From contig NIVC01002358.1 of NCBI GenBank assembly GCA_002269645.1, forward strand, positions 1-64,000: DNA of 64,000 nucleotides. The letters run 5' to 3'. Below are positions 40,208 through 54,400 of this stretch, one piece after another. This stretch comes from Macrostomum lignano. Lineage: Eukaryota. Position 1 is the first letter of the stretch. Each line of letters starts with the position of its first letter. The translations under genes and the position numbers were made by a program. The notes beneath the pieces are model-generated. The model made no database searches, was not told the DNA's origin, and saw only the letters and a program-made list of their open reading frames with translations.

Positions 40208-42504
40208 TTTGGTGTTGCAACCAATGCATGTAGAACTCGAGCTGTACATGTAGAAGTCCAATTTTGTTTCTTAGCACTGCATGTATCAGAAACAGCTCCC
40301 ATTATCTCACCGTATGGACTTCCGAATGACAAATGGTTTGATTTTCAAGATCAAACATGAAACTTCATGAAGCTTCATCAGTTTATCGACGTAAATTCAG
40401 GAAAAATACTACTAACGACTGTCAAGTGCGCGAAATTTGAGCAAAATTTGCTTCTTCGTGCAGCTTCTTCTGGAAATTTTGGGTCCACCTCCATCTATTA
40501 ATTTAACACGTGCAAGGGACACTACTGCGCCTTCAAATATACGAATTATTTATCTTATAGAGTAGTTCGTTCTGATGCAATTGTAACCTCGATTAATATT
40601 TGCTAAATAATACTGGCACCATATGCCGTGTGGTCGCCATGCAGGCGTTAGCGGAGATGGGCGGCGACGCTGATTTTATCTCATTTATATTTCATTTTGA
40701 CTTCATTTTACTCTCTGATCCCCGATAAGCCTCCGATCAAGCTCTTGAAGGCTGGTCCCTCCACATGTACATGGCACACAAACTATATCGTAGTAGATGC
40801 ATGTATACTCTATAAATTAAAGCTTAGCACTAAAGTACAGTCCATGTAAAAAGCGTGCGCGTGCAGAAGTATGAAATTAGCAGTTTTTTTTTGTTTGAAA
40901 CTGTGAAGCATACTGCGCCGTCAGCGATTGGATTTTCGTACTTGCAAAATAAGTACATATGTAGTGTTGTGCGATTATGACTTGTGACAACTTACTACAC
41001 AAAAAAGAAATGAACTAGCTAAGTACTTTGTAGTTTATGCAGTCAAGCTCATAGGAAAGACAAAGTGAATTAATTGTGATAAATAGTATGGGGGGAAGCT
41101 GTAAGAATTATTAATTAAGATGGAGACTCCACGACACAAAACTGAGGTTCACAACTACGCTTCAAGGACCACTAGTTCTTCTTCTAGTGGTCCTTGCTAC
41201 GCTTTACTGAAGTCTATCTAGGCCTATTACTCATACGAGTTTATTAGGCAAAACTAAGTATTTTTTCTCTTAGATAGATAGTCTAAAATCGTATTTTGAA
41301 TATAAGAAATTATTTACTACAGCTTTTTTTGCCAGACAAGTTTTGTTTATATTGAACAGTGGATTAATTTTAAACTGACCGACGTCGAAGAAATGCGCTC
41401 GTAGAGCGCTCGTTTATTAATATGAAACGGTGGGTTAGCTCCAAGGGCAAGTAATAATGAAAAAGTCTGTCAGGCGTCTGTCAGGCGTTAAGCCTTACAA
41501 TTAGGTCTAATGTAGTGAGATTGCTAAAATAAAAATAGTATATATGAAGCATATTGCAATAGGGGCATAGCCCATAGGGCATAGGGCCTGTCTGTCTGAG
41601 CTGTCTTCCTGCCACATGTGTATGTATGTACCATCACATTAAAGAATTGCAGCCTAGCTTATTGGATTTGCTTTCTCAATAATGTCGAGATCTGCTACTG
41701 TTTATAGCTTTAAGCTTCTTAATAATATGTAGACTTATAGTTAATGATTAGTCAACTTTGTCTTTAGTTTAGTTAAAAATGTGATTGCTAGCTAAGTCAG
41801 TAGCCACTTGTACTTTCATTTTGTCAAACTCAAAGCATTAAGCTATAATAAAAATCAAAGTAGTATTTTTCATGACATTAAATGTTTTACTTTTAGGCCT
41901 AGCCATTATAGAATAACTTGCTTGAATAAAAAAATTGCTTAATTAATGTTTAGGTTTATTAAATTAAGGTCATATTCATAGATATAATATAAAAAATTTG
42001 ATTTTTCTTCTCAATATTCTGAGAGTTACAAGAAATAAGGACAAGGTAATTTATTTCAAAAAAAATTTACTATTTTGTACTATTTTTAAGTGTTCTAATA
42101 TTATATTTATTATTGTCAATAAATCATTTCTTATAAAACTATATAAAAATAAATTTAACATTTTTAATAATTCAAAAGTGTTTTTTTATTGAATATATAA
42201 TTTTTTTTGTTTTTATTCTTTTATTGACTTTATATAACTCTTGACTATTGTCAATTGAGCCTATATCTGAAATAATAAATATATAATAGGGATGAAATTT
42301 CAAAGGTTATAATCAGTAACATTTTTAGCAATAATGCTATCTTAATTAGAAAATTGAAGTTGAACTAAAAATTATATTATTTAAAAATAATCATGTAACT
42401 TTTATATCAAATTCTAACTATAATATTGATTAATTTAACTTTAAAGGTTTGATTTATATTAATTATAAAAACAATTATTAATGCATGTAAGTAAATCAAA
42501 TCCA

Positions 42505-45500
42505 ATGGAAGCCTCACTTGCTGAACAATTGCGCAATGCAGCAGGACAAGGTCAAGTGGGCCTTGTTGGTGAACTACTCAGAGCCAAGGCACCAATCGAA
42601 CCTGATAAGGTTTGTAGCTAGTTAATAGTTTTAAAATTTAAAATGGCCATCTTTTTTAAGTATTCATTCAAACCATTTTTGATTGCTTTTTTTCAAATAC
42701 TCCTAAACTTCACTCTGCAAATAGTGGCAGCTATATCAATAAGAATTGTCAATTTAGTACCTCAGTAGTTAAATGTGGGGAGCTTAGCTACCTTCTGTGA
42801 GAAGCGCCCAGTTATTAGCTTAGCTACCTATGAGGATCGCCAGCTTAGCTACCTGTGAGAATCGCCAGCTTAGCTACCTGTGATAATCGCTCAGTTATTA
42901 GCTTAGCTACCTGTGAGAATCGCCCAGTTATTAGCTTAGCTACCTGTGAGAATCGCCAGTTATTAGCTTAGCTACCTGTGAGAATCGCTCAGTTATTAGC
43001 TTATATACCTATGAGAATCGCCCAGTTATTAGCTTAGCTTCCTGTGAGAATCGCCCAGTTATTAGCTTAGCTACCTATGAGAATCGCCAGCTTAGCTACC
43101 TGTGAGAATCGCCAGCTTAGCTACCTGTGAGAATCGCTCAGTTATTAGCTTAGCTACCTGTGAGAATCGCCCAGTTATTAGCTTATATACCCGTGAGAAT
43201 CGCCCAGTTATTAGCTTAGCTACCTGTGAGAATCGCCCAGTTATTAGCTTAGCTACCTATGAGAATCGCCCAGTTATTAGCTTATATACCTATGAGAATC
43301 GCTCAGTTATTAGCTTAGCTACCTGTGAGAATCGCCCAGTTATTAGCTTAGCTACCTGTGAGAATCGCCCAGTTATTAGCTTAGCTACCTGTGAGAATCG
43401 CTCAGTTATTAGCTTAGCTACCTGTGAGAATCGCCCAGTTATTAGCTTAGCTACCTGTGAGAATCGCCCAGTTATTAGCTTAGCTACCTGTGAGAATCGC
43501 CCAGTTATTAGCTTAGCTACCTATGAGAATCGCCAGCTTAGCTACCTGTGAGAATCGCCAGCTTAGCTACCTGTGAGAATCGCCAGCTTAGCTACCTGTG
43601 AGAATCGCTCAGTTATTAGCTTAGCTACCTGTAAGAATCGTAGTACGTCTGTATTTTTGGGTGGGCATTTTTGCGACTTACATTGGTTGGGCCCCCTGCC
43701 AGCCGGCCGGGTCGGCCGGGTGTTATGCTGGAGTCTGCCGACCCTGCACTAAGCTAATGTTGAGAATCTCCCCAATCCTCCCCACCAGGAAGGCCGTCTT
43801 GCCCTTCACTTGGCTGCGGCCGGCGGCCACGTCCAAATCTGCCGTCTGCTGCTGGACGCCGGCGCGCCAGTCAGCGCTGGCGACGCATCCGGCGTGACGC
43901 CGCTCCAGCTGGCGGCCCGGCATGGCCACGCCCAGCTCGCCCAGCTGCTGGTTGACGCCGGCGCCGATACGAATGCGCGCGACGAACGTCGTGGCGGCAA
44001 TTCGGCGTTGCACGACGCCGCCTGGCAGGGCTACTCGCGCACCGTCGACCTGCTGTGCCGGGCCGGCAGCGACGCCAACGCCGAGAATCGAGCCCAGGCC
44101 ACTCCGCTGCACTTGGCCGTGCAGAACGGGCACAACGAGTGCACCCGGGCCCTGCTGCACGCTGGCGCCGATCCCAATAGGCAGAACACATTCGGCGACA
44201 CAGCGCTGCACACGGCTGCTCGCTACGGCAGGCCAGGTGAGGCCTCTGGGGGGGGGGTTCGTCAGAATTAAAGTACCATCTGTCATGCCTAGGTAGGAAG
44301 TAGCCAGCGGTAAACACTTTTAGACTCTCAAGCGCCACGACCCCTAGTTCGATTCCTTGCAAGGCCTCTGACCTACTTGACTCAGCTGCAGGGGGGGCTC
44401 CGGGCAGCTGGATGCAGCGGGGAGGCGACCACGAGCAGTTAGTGGTGCCGGTGTCTGCAGCGCGGTCTCCCTCCAGAGAGTCCAGGAGGTGGATGGTCGC
44501 TCGCCCAGTAGCCCTTAGGTAGCGGACGAGCTGACAGAGATTCTCGGGCCTGAAAACGTTGGAGAGGTCCGGGTTTGGGCCGAGGTAGGTGAGCCTGTCC
44601 TGTCCTGAGTAAAGGCGGGGCATTCACAGATAAAGTGCTCCGCGTTCTCGACACCGGAGAGGCAGAGCAGAAAGGGCATTCCTCGCTGTGGATTTTTCCC
44701 TGGAGGTAACGATGCCTGGCATAACAGCCATGAGCCGAGAGGGCCATGGTCACCGCCCCGATGTCCCTGCGGTTGAGTCCAAGCAGGGCCCTCCGCAGGG
44801 CGGAGGAAGGACAGGGGACAGCCGCGCGGGATTGCCGGCAGTCGGGGGGCGCAAGCCCACCTCTCCCTGTGCTTTGTTGCAAGGCCTCAGCCATTTGGTT
44901 GGAGGTTGTCGTGCAATTCATACTTCTGAAGCATACGCAACCTCCAAATTCGGTCGGCTGTGCGACTTAGTTTTAACAAAAATGCGACATAGTTTTGGGC
45001 CAAAAATGCGACTTACATGTAAAAGAAACCCTAAAGCAAAATTAACGCAACTTTGGGTAAACGGCAGGAGTAACTATGACTGTCTTATTAAGGCAAAATG
45101 CCTCGTCAAATACTTAGTACTACTAGCGTGTGTACGTATGTGCTGCTCTGGAGTCACCGGAATGGGCAGAATTGCCATTAGCGTTGATTGTGGGACCAGG
45201 GTACTCACAGCTCTTCCGTGACTATTGACTTCATATTTTTTAATGCTGAACTTACACTGAAAAGCGCGCATCCGCAATCCAGGCGCGGCGCGCATCCTAT
45301 TAAGCGCCGGGCCAGTTGTCCGGGTCAACTGTCGCAATAAAAACGGCGACACGGCGCTGCACGTGGCCGCCGCGCTGCGTCGCCGACGAATCGCCGGCAT
45401 GCTGCTGGACTGTCGGGCGGACCCGAGCCAGCGCAACCAGCAGGGCGAGTCCCCGGTGGACGTCGCGAAGCGCAAAGGCTACTCGGATGTCGTCCAGCTG

Positions 45501-48141
45501 CTGCTTGGCCTGGCCGCTGCCGGCTCCGTGTCTGTCAGCTCCGGCGGGTCTGCCGCCGCCGCAGCTGCGATGCTGCATCATCATCAACAGCAGCAGCAAC
45601 AGCAGATGCTTCATCATCAGCTGCATCATCAGCAGCATCCTGGCGGACCGTCCGACAGCGGCCACGGCTCCGCTGGCACCGACGCGGTGCTCCAGCTGAT
45701 GATGCCGCAGCCCGAAGCTGCTCAGCCTTCGCCTCCGCCGCCTCCGCCGCATCCTAAGCAGCAGCCGACGCGCACCCTCACGCCTCCGATGCTGCCCCAG
45801 CAGCAGCAACAACAACAACAACAACAACAACAGCAGCAAAAGAAGAAATCTAAATCTAAACTGCTCAAATGGTCGGTGCTTTCGCTTTTCCGTAGGGGCG
45901 GCAGCGGCAAAAATCAGCCAGGCGGAAAGAAGCAACAGCAGCAGCAGACTTCGTCGGCCGTGGCTCCGGCTCCGGTTGTGCCGGCCCAGGTGGCAAGCCA
46001 GCACCACCCGGTCACCTTCTATACGGATCTGGGCGGCAACCTCCGGCAGGGACCGTCGGTAAGTGCTGTGCTGCTTCTCAAGCAATTAAATTATCATTGC
46101 AATAGCTTAGTCAGTTTGATCGCCCCTGACCCATATCTATTCTTTGAGAATCGCCCCTGAGCCATCTCTTTTCTATGAGAATCGCCCCTGAGCCATCTCT
46201 AATCTATGAGAATCGCCCCTGAGCCATCTCTATTCTATGAGAATCGCCCCTGAGCCATCTCTAATCTATGAGAATCGCCCCTGAGCCACCTCTATTCCAT
46301 GAGAATCTCCCTTGATCCATATCTCTATTCTATAAGAATCGCCCCTGAGCCATCTCTATTCTATAAGATTCGCCTCTCAGCCATCTATATTCTATAAGAA
46401 TCTCCCTTGATCCATCTCTATTCTATGAGAATCGCCCCTGAGCCATCTATATTCTATGAGAATCGCCCCTGAGCCATCTCTGACCTATGAAAATCGGTTA
46501 TAGATGCTGCTCATGACAGTTGCTCTTCATCACCCATCATCCAGCTTCCTCACTCGCCACCCCGCACGCAGTACATGGCCTCCAGCAACTGCACCTGCCA
46601 GCTGAATCCGCAGTCCTGCATTGAGCACGGCTTTCGCGAATGGCACGGCCATATTGGCAATGCCCCGGTCTATGCTGCCGCTCCTCGCCAACCCGGCACT
46701 GTCCAGCCTCCTGCTCAGCCTCATCGCCACCATCTGTTGAACTCGCAGCAGCCGCCTCAACAAAGATTATACCGAACTAGAAGCGACGAGTCTTTGTCAA
46801 TGTCCGGCCACAAGGTGCGCACTCAGGCGGCCAAGTCGCGTGCTCGGGCCCAGCAGCAGCAGCTGCTGATGGGATACGGCGGCGGCGGCGGCGGTGCGGC
46901 CGCTGCCGCTGCGGCCGCGGCTGCTGCGGCTCAATTCGGCCAGCCGCAGTTCGGTAGGCGTGGACCAACTGCAGCCCAGCAGCCGGTTGCTATGGACGCC
47001 GCTTTCGCTTGGAAGCGAGGTGTGCAATGCGCTTACTAGCATTTTGCTAACTGCATGGTTTTAGGGGGTTGCAGCCTAGTGGTTAGAGCGTTGGACTCAC
47101 GACTGAAAGGTCGGGGGTTCGATTCTCGATCCACCTCGGAACAATTTGTGTCCTTGAGGAAGACACTTAAATCACTTAAATTTTGTGATTCATTATTGCT
47201 GAGTAAGCATCGTTGACTAAAGTGGAAGCTTACAGGTATACAGTGTTAGGTTCTATCTTATGAGTGACCGCTCTTATTGACTGATAGAGCTCTCATGTTG
47301 AGTCAGTGAGCTGTCATACTGAGTCAGTCAGCTGTCATGCTGAGTCAGTGAGCTGTCATACTGAGTCAGTCAGCTGTCATGCTGAGTCAGTGAGCTGTCA
47401 CACTGAGTCAGTGAGCTGTCATACAGAGTCAGTGAGCTGTCATGCTGAGTCAGTGAGCTGTCATACTGAGTCAGTGAGCTGTCATACTGAGTCAGTGAGC
47501 TGTCATGCTGGGTCAGTGAGCTGTCATGCTGGGTCAGTGAGCTGTCATGCTGGGTCAGTGAGCTGTCATGCTGGGTCAGTGATCTGTCACACTGAGTCAG
47601 TGAGCTGTCATACAGAGTCAGTGAGCTGTCATACTGAGTCAGTGAGCTGTCATACTGAGTCAGTGAGCTGTCATGCTGGGTCAGTGAGCTGTCATGCTGG
47701 GTCAGTGAGCTGTCATGCTGGGTCAGTGAGCTGTCATGCTGGGTCAGTGATCTGTCACACTGAGTCAGTGAGCTGTCATACAGAGTCAGTGAGCTGTCAT
47801 TTCGTGCCCCACCATAACGCACAGCCGGCCTGGACGAGCAGCAGCCGCAGCAACTCCGCGACTCCGCAGCCTCGCCGGGTCCCTACGGCAGCCTCGACGA
47901 CGAGCCGCATTTCGAGCGTCGAGACCGCGCCGACCAGGAAGGCGGCGGCTCCCTTCAGCGCCACCGCCGCTTTCTTCGCCAGCACCGGCGTCGGCCAGCC
48001 GCCAGCAGCGACGACGACGGCGTCGACGACTCCGACTTGTTTAGCGACGCCGACCACGACGCCGACGAGGAGGAGGAGGAGGACGGAGACGCGCCAAGAA
48101 GTCGCTCGCTGCATCGTCGGCTGAGCGGCGTGTTGAACTAA
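42505..48141 (+). CDS. ANKRD6: ANKRD6/Diversin/Diego-like ankyrin-repeat protein, 5 exons (42505-42609, 43789-44236, 45283-46058, 46572-47019, 47825-48141)
   Basis: Ankyrin series [48 protein letters not shown] parallels ANKRD6, followed by a [13 protein letters not shown]...CTC motif; splice phases consistent. Confidence 0.75.
42790..43635. repeat. Tandem repeat, ~22-33-bp units (tgtgagaatcgcccagttattagcttagctacc), ANKRD6 intron 1
   Basis: Directly visible. Confidence 0.9.
44290..44930 (-). mobile_element. 5'-truncated LINE 3' end (ORF2 C-terminal CCHC zinc knuckle) in ANKRD6 intron 2
   Basis: [26 protein letters not shown], then after a frameshift [19 protein letters not shown]...[10 protein letters not shown]; typical of I/R1/Loa-like ORF2 tails. 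Confidence 0.65.
46140..46495. repeat. ~33-bp tandem repeat (tgagaatcgcccctgagccatctctattcta), ANKRD6 intron 3
   Basis: Directly visible. Confidence 0.9.
47064..47175 (+). mobile_element. tRNA-derived SINE head
   Basis: A box (TAGTGGTTAGAGCG) and B box (GGTTCGATTC), followed by GTGTCCTTGAGGAAGACACTTAA, a hairpin common in tRNA-SINE bodies; no proper acceptor stem. Confidence 0.6.
47295..47800. repeat. 21-bp tandem repeat (gagtcagtgagctgtcatact), ANKRD6 intron 4
   Basis: Directly visible. Confidence 0.9.
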
Positions 48142-48837
48142 TTAATCTCTGTGTCTTTCTTTGTGACTGTGTGTACTTTGTGTCGGATTTAAAATTATTT
48201 GATTTTGTTTTAATTTTATCCTTGCCAAGGGCTGCCCAGCCTCGCTTTTCACCCGTTGTACAAAAGATTACTGTTATTATACATAATTATTTTTTCTAAT
48301 ATCGAGTACGTTCTTCTCAGTGTATTTTTAGCCGTTCGCGCAAAAAATTGTGCCAATATTTGTTTGCTTTTACTAGTAGTAGGCTAAATTGCGAATTCAG
48401 ATCGTTTTTTCCCTAACATATCGCTCCGAATTATTGCTTAGTTCTTTATCTGCCCACTTTTAATATTTGAAATTTATAATTGCATTTTCTTGATCACTGC
48501 ATTATCAGTTTTATTACAAGAAATGTGCTTTTATATTGTTGGCATTTACAGGTATCTGTTTTTACACCTCTTTATAATTGACCAATCAAGATTGCCAATG
48601 CACAGCAGACATTTATTTGTTTATCCTTCTGCTCGAAATTCGGTCAAATTTTCCCTCTAATAGACGGCTATTAATAACTTGTGCCGAACCCCTTTGTCAC
48701 ATTGTGATTGGGCTTATAATAATTACGTAATATATGAACTTGAAAGCCAACTGCTTCGTCTGAGCCCTGTTTAATAAAGTCCAGTCGGCATTATTTCATG
48801 ACTACAATAGGGTTCAGTGAAAACAGATTGCGCAGGG

Positions 48838-51420
48838 GGGATGAGATTAGATCAGAGTGGAATGAGATTAGATCAGAGTGGAATGAGATTAGATCAGAGT
48901 GGAATGAGATTAGATCAGTGTGGAATCGGGTTAGATCAGAGTGGAATGAGATTAGATCAGAGTCGAATGAGATTAGATCAGAGTGGAATGAGATTAGATC
49001 AGTGTGGAATCGGGTTAGATCAGAGTGGAATGAGATTAGATCAGTGTGGAATCAGTGTAGAATCAGATTAGATCAGAGTGGAATGAGATTAGATCAGAGT
49101 GGAATGAGATTAGATCAGAGTGGAATCAGATTAGATGAAATTAGATGAAATTGGAATGAGATTAAATCAGAGTGAAATCGGATTAGATCAGAGTGGAATG
49201 AGATTAGATCAGAGTGGAATGAGATTAGATCAGAGTGGAATCGGGTTAGATCAGAGTGGAATGAGATTAGATCAGAGTGGAATCAGATTAGATGAAATTA
49301 GATCAAATTGGAATAAGATTAGATCAGAGTGGAATCGGATTAGATCAGAGTGGAATGAGATTAGATCAGAGTGGAATGAGATTAGATCAGAGTGGGATAG
49401 GATTAGATCAGAGTGGAATCAGATTAGATCAGAGTGGAATCGGATTAGATCAGAGTGGAATGAGATTAGATCAGAGTGGAATCGGATTAGATCAGAGTGG
49501 AATCGGATTAGATCAGTGTGGAATGAGATTAGATCAGAGTGGAATGAGATTAGATCAGAGTCGAATGAGATTAGATCAGAGTGGAATGAGATTAGATCAG
49601 TGTGGAATCGGGTTAGATCAGAGTGGAATGAGATTAGATCAGTGTGGAATCAGTGTAGAATCAGATTAGATCAGAGTGGAATGAGATTAGATCAGAGTGG
49701 AATGAGATTAGATCAGAGTGGAATCAGATTAGATGAAATTAGATGAAATTGGAATGAGATTAAATCAGAGTGAAATCGGATTAGATCAGAGTGGAATGAG
49801 ATTAGATCAGAGTGGAATGAGATTAGATCAGAGTGGAATCGGGTTAGATCAGAGTGGAATGAGATTAGATCAGAGTGGAATCAGATTAGATGAAATTAGA
49901 TCAAATTGGAATAAGATTAGATCAGAGTGGAATCGGATTAGATCAGAGTGGAATGAGATTAGATCAGAGTGGAATGAGATTAGATCAGAGTGGGATAGGA
50001 TTAGATCAGAGTGGAATCAGATTAGATCAGAGTGGAATCGGATTAGATCAGAGTGGAATGAGATTAGATCAGAGTGGAATCGGATTAGATCAGAGTGGAA
50101 TCGGATTAGATCAGAGTGGAATCAGATTAGATCAGAGTGGGATAGGATTAGATCAGAGTGGAATGAGATTAGATCAGAGTGGAATGAGATTAGATCAGAG
50201 TGAAATAAGATTAGATCAGAGTTGAATCAAATTAGATCAGTGTGGAATGAGATTAGATCAGAGTGGAATCAGATTAGATCAGAGTGAAATAAGATTAGAT
50301 CAGAGTGGAATAAGATTAGATCAGAGTGAAATAAGATTAGATCAGAGTTGAATCAAATTAGATCAGTGTGGAATGAGATTAGATCAGAGTGGAATGAGAT
50401 TAGATCAGATTGGAATGAGATTAGATCAGAGTTGAATCAAATTAGATCAGTGTGGAATGAGATTAGATCAGAGTGGAATGAGATTAGATCAGAGTGGAAT
50501 GAGATTAGATCAGAGTGGAATAAGATTAGATCAGAGTGAAATAAGATTAGATCAGAGTTGAATCAAATTAGATCAGTGTGGAATGAGGTTAGATCAGAGT
50601 GGAATGAGATTAGATCAGAGTGGAATCAGATTAGATCAGAGTGGAATCAGATTAGATCAGAGTGGAATCAGATTAGATCAGAGTGGAATCAGATTAGATC
50701 AGAGTGGAATCAGATTAGATCAGAGAAAAATAGATTAGATCAGAGTTGAATCAAATTAGATCAGTGTGGAATGAGATTAGATCAGAGTGGAATCAGATTA
50801 GATGAAATTAGATCAAATTGGAATCAGATTAAATCAAAGTGGAATCGGATTAGATCAGAGTGGAATCGGGTTAGATCAGAGTGGAATGAGATTAGATCAG
50901 AGTCGAATGAGATTAGATCAGAGTGGAATCAGATTAGATCAGAGTGAAATAGGATCAGATCAGAGTGGAATGAGATTAGATCAGAGTGGAATCAGATTAG
51001 ATGAAATTAGATCAAATTGGAATCAGATTAAATCAAAGTGGAATCGGATTAGATCAGAGTGGAATCGGGTTAGATCAGAGTGGAATGAGATTAGATCAGA
51101 GTGGAATCAGATTAGATCAGAGTGGAATGAGATTAGATCAGAGTGGAATCAGATTAGATCAGAGTGGAATCGGGTTAGATCAGAGTGGAATGAGATTAGA
51201 TCAGAGTGGAATCAGATTACATCAGTGTAGAATGAGGTTAGATCAGAGTGGAATGAGATTAGATCAGATTGGAATCAGATTACATCAGAGTGGAATGAGA
51301 TTAGATCAGAGTGGAATGAGATTAGATCAGATTGGAATCAGATTACATCAGAGTGGAATGAGATTAGATCAGAGTGGAATGAGATTAGATCAGAGTGGAA
51401 TGAGATTACATCAGTGTAGA
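48838..51420. repeat. 21-bp satellite (atgagattagatcagagtgga) with a ~598-bp higher-order duplication
   Basis: Directly visible; identical variant runs start at 49135/49733 and 49292/49890. Confidence 0.95.
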
Positions 51421-51479
51421 TTCAGCATTTGTTTCCCATCCCTGTTTCAGCAGTAAACGCGCCAAGACAAAGGATTGTG

Positions 51480-54400
51480 ATGCTACCTGCCGCTGATGAA
51501 CTCCGTCGATCAGTCAGTGATGGCGGAGGCAACAGCAGCAACAGTGGCTGCATCAGCACCGTGAGCAGCAGCTCAGCCAAGTCTGCAGATCAGCAGAAGA
51601 TGGAGAACGAGTTCAGCATGGACCGATTGAGGCACCACTGCCGCACCTGCCTCAGCAAGGCTTGGGCCACGGCAGACAGCTCAGAGATTAGCATTGTGCC
51701 CGTCAGGTTGTACTCTGGGTGGGTGACGCTGTTGCAGTGTTCTCTGTTGCTTTTTACTTTCTGTGTTTGAAATATTAACTTGATGAACATTTGGACTGCA
51801 AAACTGGTCTTAGCTCCGTTGGGGTGTGTTGGAACCAACCAGTCACCCGAGAGCTGTACCGAGCAATTGCAGGATAATCTGCGAGTTTAAATCTTGATTC
51901 ACTGTGACGCAACTGGGCCTCTCCAAGCAGAAAATATCAATAGGTATGATTAGGAACTTTGCTTTAGTTTTGCTGCAGTTTTCTGTTTTCTGTTCCATGT
52001 TTGTTTTACTGCTCTGCTCAAGTGTGGCTCAATTTCAAAAGGTGAGTTCCAGAAAGAAATGAGACAGTGACAGACCGGAAGAAGATATGGAATCAATTGT
52101 TACAGCAGATAGTTTGCCAAAGCAACCTGCTGACTTTCTCACTGCTTCTTTGTAAATTCTTGTCTTATCGTAATGGAACTGGCGAGATAGAACTGGCGAG
52201 TTGGAGCAGGCGAGAGAAAACAGGGGAAAGGCGGACACAGGCTGGGAGAAAACAGGGGAAAAGCGGACACAGGCTGGGAGAAAACAGGGAAAGGCGGACA
52301 CAGGCTGGGAGAAAACAGGGGAAAAGCGGACACAGGCTGTGAGAAAACAGGGGAAAAGCGGACACAGGCTGGGAGAAAACAGTAGAAGGTGGACACAGGC
52401 TGTGAGAAAACAGGGGAAAAGCGGACACAGGCTGTGAGAAAACAGGGGAAATGCGGACACAGGCTGTGAGAAAACAGTAGAAGGTGGACACAGGCTGGGA
52501 GAAAACAGGGGAAAAGCGGACACAGGCTGTGAGAAAACAGGGGAAAGGCGGACACAGGCTGTGAGAAAACAGGGGAAATGCGGACACAGGCTGTGAGAAA
52601 ACAGGGGAAATGCGGACACAGGCTGTGAGAAAACAGGGGAAAGGCGGACACAGGCTGTGAGAAAACAGGGGAAAGGTGGACACAGGCTGGGAGAAAACAG
52701 TAGAAGGTGGACACAGGCTGTGAGAAAACAGTAGAAGGTGGACACAGGCTGTGAGAAAACAGGGGAAAAGCGGACACAGGCTGTGAGAAAACAGGGGAAA
52801 TGCGGACACAGGCTGTGAGAAAACAGGGGAAATGCGGACACAGGCTGTGAGAAAACAGGGGAAATGCGGACACAGGCTGTGAGAAAACAGGGGAAAAGCG
52901 GACACAGGCTGTGAGAAAACAGTAGAAGGTGGACACAGGCTGGGAGAAAACAGTAGAAGGTGGACACAGGCTGTTCAAAAGGCTTGGAGTGGCTAAAATC
53001 AATATTTAGTCATGTTTTTCGCATAGCTGCCCTGTCCTTGCGTATTCTCAATGGGGGGTGCTCGCTGTGCTCAGCAAGCCGTACTGTTGCTCAGCCCCTC
53101 AAATTTCTTATCTCTGACGCTGCTGAATTCAAAACTTAAAAAAATTCTGGAAACGATACAACTCTCTTGACTCCAGGCCAAAAATGTTTAACACTCCATG
53201 AAGCTGACTCACCAGAGTAAAACCAGATAAAACCCCTGGAAGAGCTTGGTCTAAGCAGTGCATGGTGCATGTGGACATGTTGATAGTTCAACATGATACT
53301 AGAGAATAAAAATCAATCAATGCTGAATTAACCGGTTAAGATTTTTTGTAACTTTTTTTGTCAGAAAATCAGCAGAAATTATTCGATAGTTTTTATGACC
53401 AACCTGGCATAATCTGTTACTGAAGCCCGTCTGTCTCCTGTGTGTACACGTGGAAATGAAAGAAAACTCTGCTGCATGAGTCTTGCAATTGGGCAACCCG
53501 ATTTTGGGGTGGCAAGCGCGCTTTGTCTCTACCAGATTGCTGCTAAGTCTTGAACTCTACCGTTTCTGCTTTTTGTGAGCAATCTAAGCCCATGAGTCCA
53601 GATAAACGAGTGAATGGCACAGTGCGATAAAAACGTAGCCAAGCCAACCGTCCTAGCAGTGTGCGTGGCTTTTAAAATAAGTATCATATAAAAGAAGTTT
53701 CATTCGACCTAGATTCAGCAGAACTGTTCCTACCAGTGCCGGATATGTCGCAAGAGCAGCCGCTGACGAAAGCGCAGGCATTGAGTTTGTGTGCCCAGTA
53801 TCTGGGCGGCGCTTGGGCTGCTCACGTGGACAGCGTTCGGTTTGATGAGATCAGGTGTGCCAGCTCTGCTGGGCTCGGTGTTGATTGCTCAGATAGCTTA
53901 CTAGGTAGAGTAGATCGGTTCCGAGTAGATTAAGGTAGAGTAGATCGGTTCCGAGTAGATTAAGGTAGAGTAGATCGGTTCGAGTAGATTAAGGTAGAGT
54001 AGATCGGTTCCGAGTAGATTAAGGTAGAGTAGATCGGTTCCGAGTAGACTAAGGTAGAGTAGATCGGTTCCGAGTAGACTAAGGTAGAGTAGATCGGTTC
54101 CGAGTAGATTAAGGTAGAGTAGATCGGTTCCGAGTAGACTAAGGTAGAGTAGATCGGTTCCGAGTAGACTAAGGTAGAGTAGATCGGTTCCGAGTAGACT
54201 AAGGTAGAGTAGATCGGTTCCGAGTAGATTAAGGTAGAGTAGATCGGTTCCGAGTAGATTAAGGTAGAGTAGATCGGTTCCGAGTAGATTAAGGTAGAGT
54301 AGATCGGTTCCGAGTAGACTAAGGTAGAGTAGATCGGTTCCGAGTAGACTAAGGTAGAGTAGATCGGTTCCGAGTAGACTAAGGTAGAGTAGATCGGTTC

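Noticed and set aside
47064-47140. tRNA-Val(CAC)-like gene
   Set aside because: No pairing acceptor stem, and it continues into a SINE-type body; treated as a tRNA-derived SINE.
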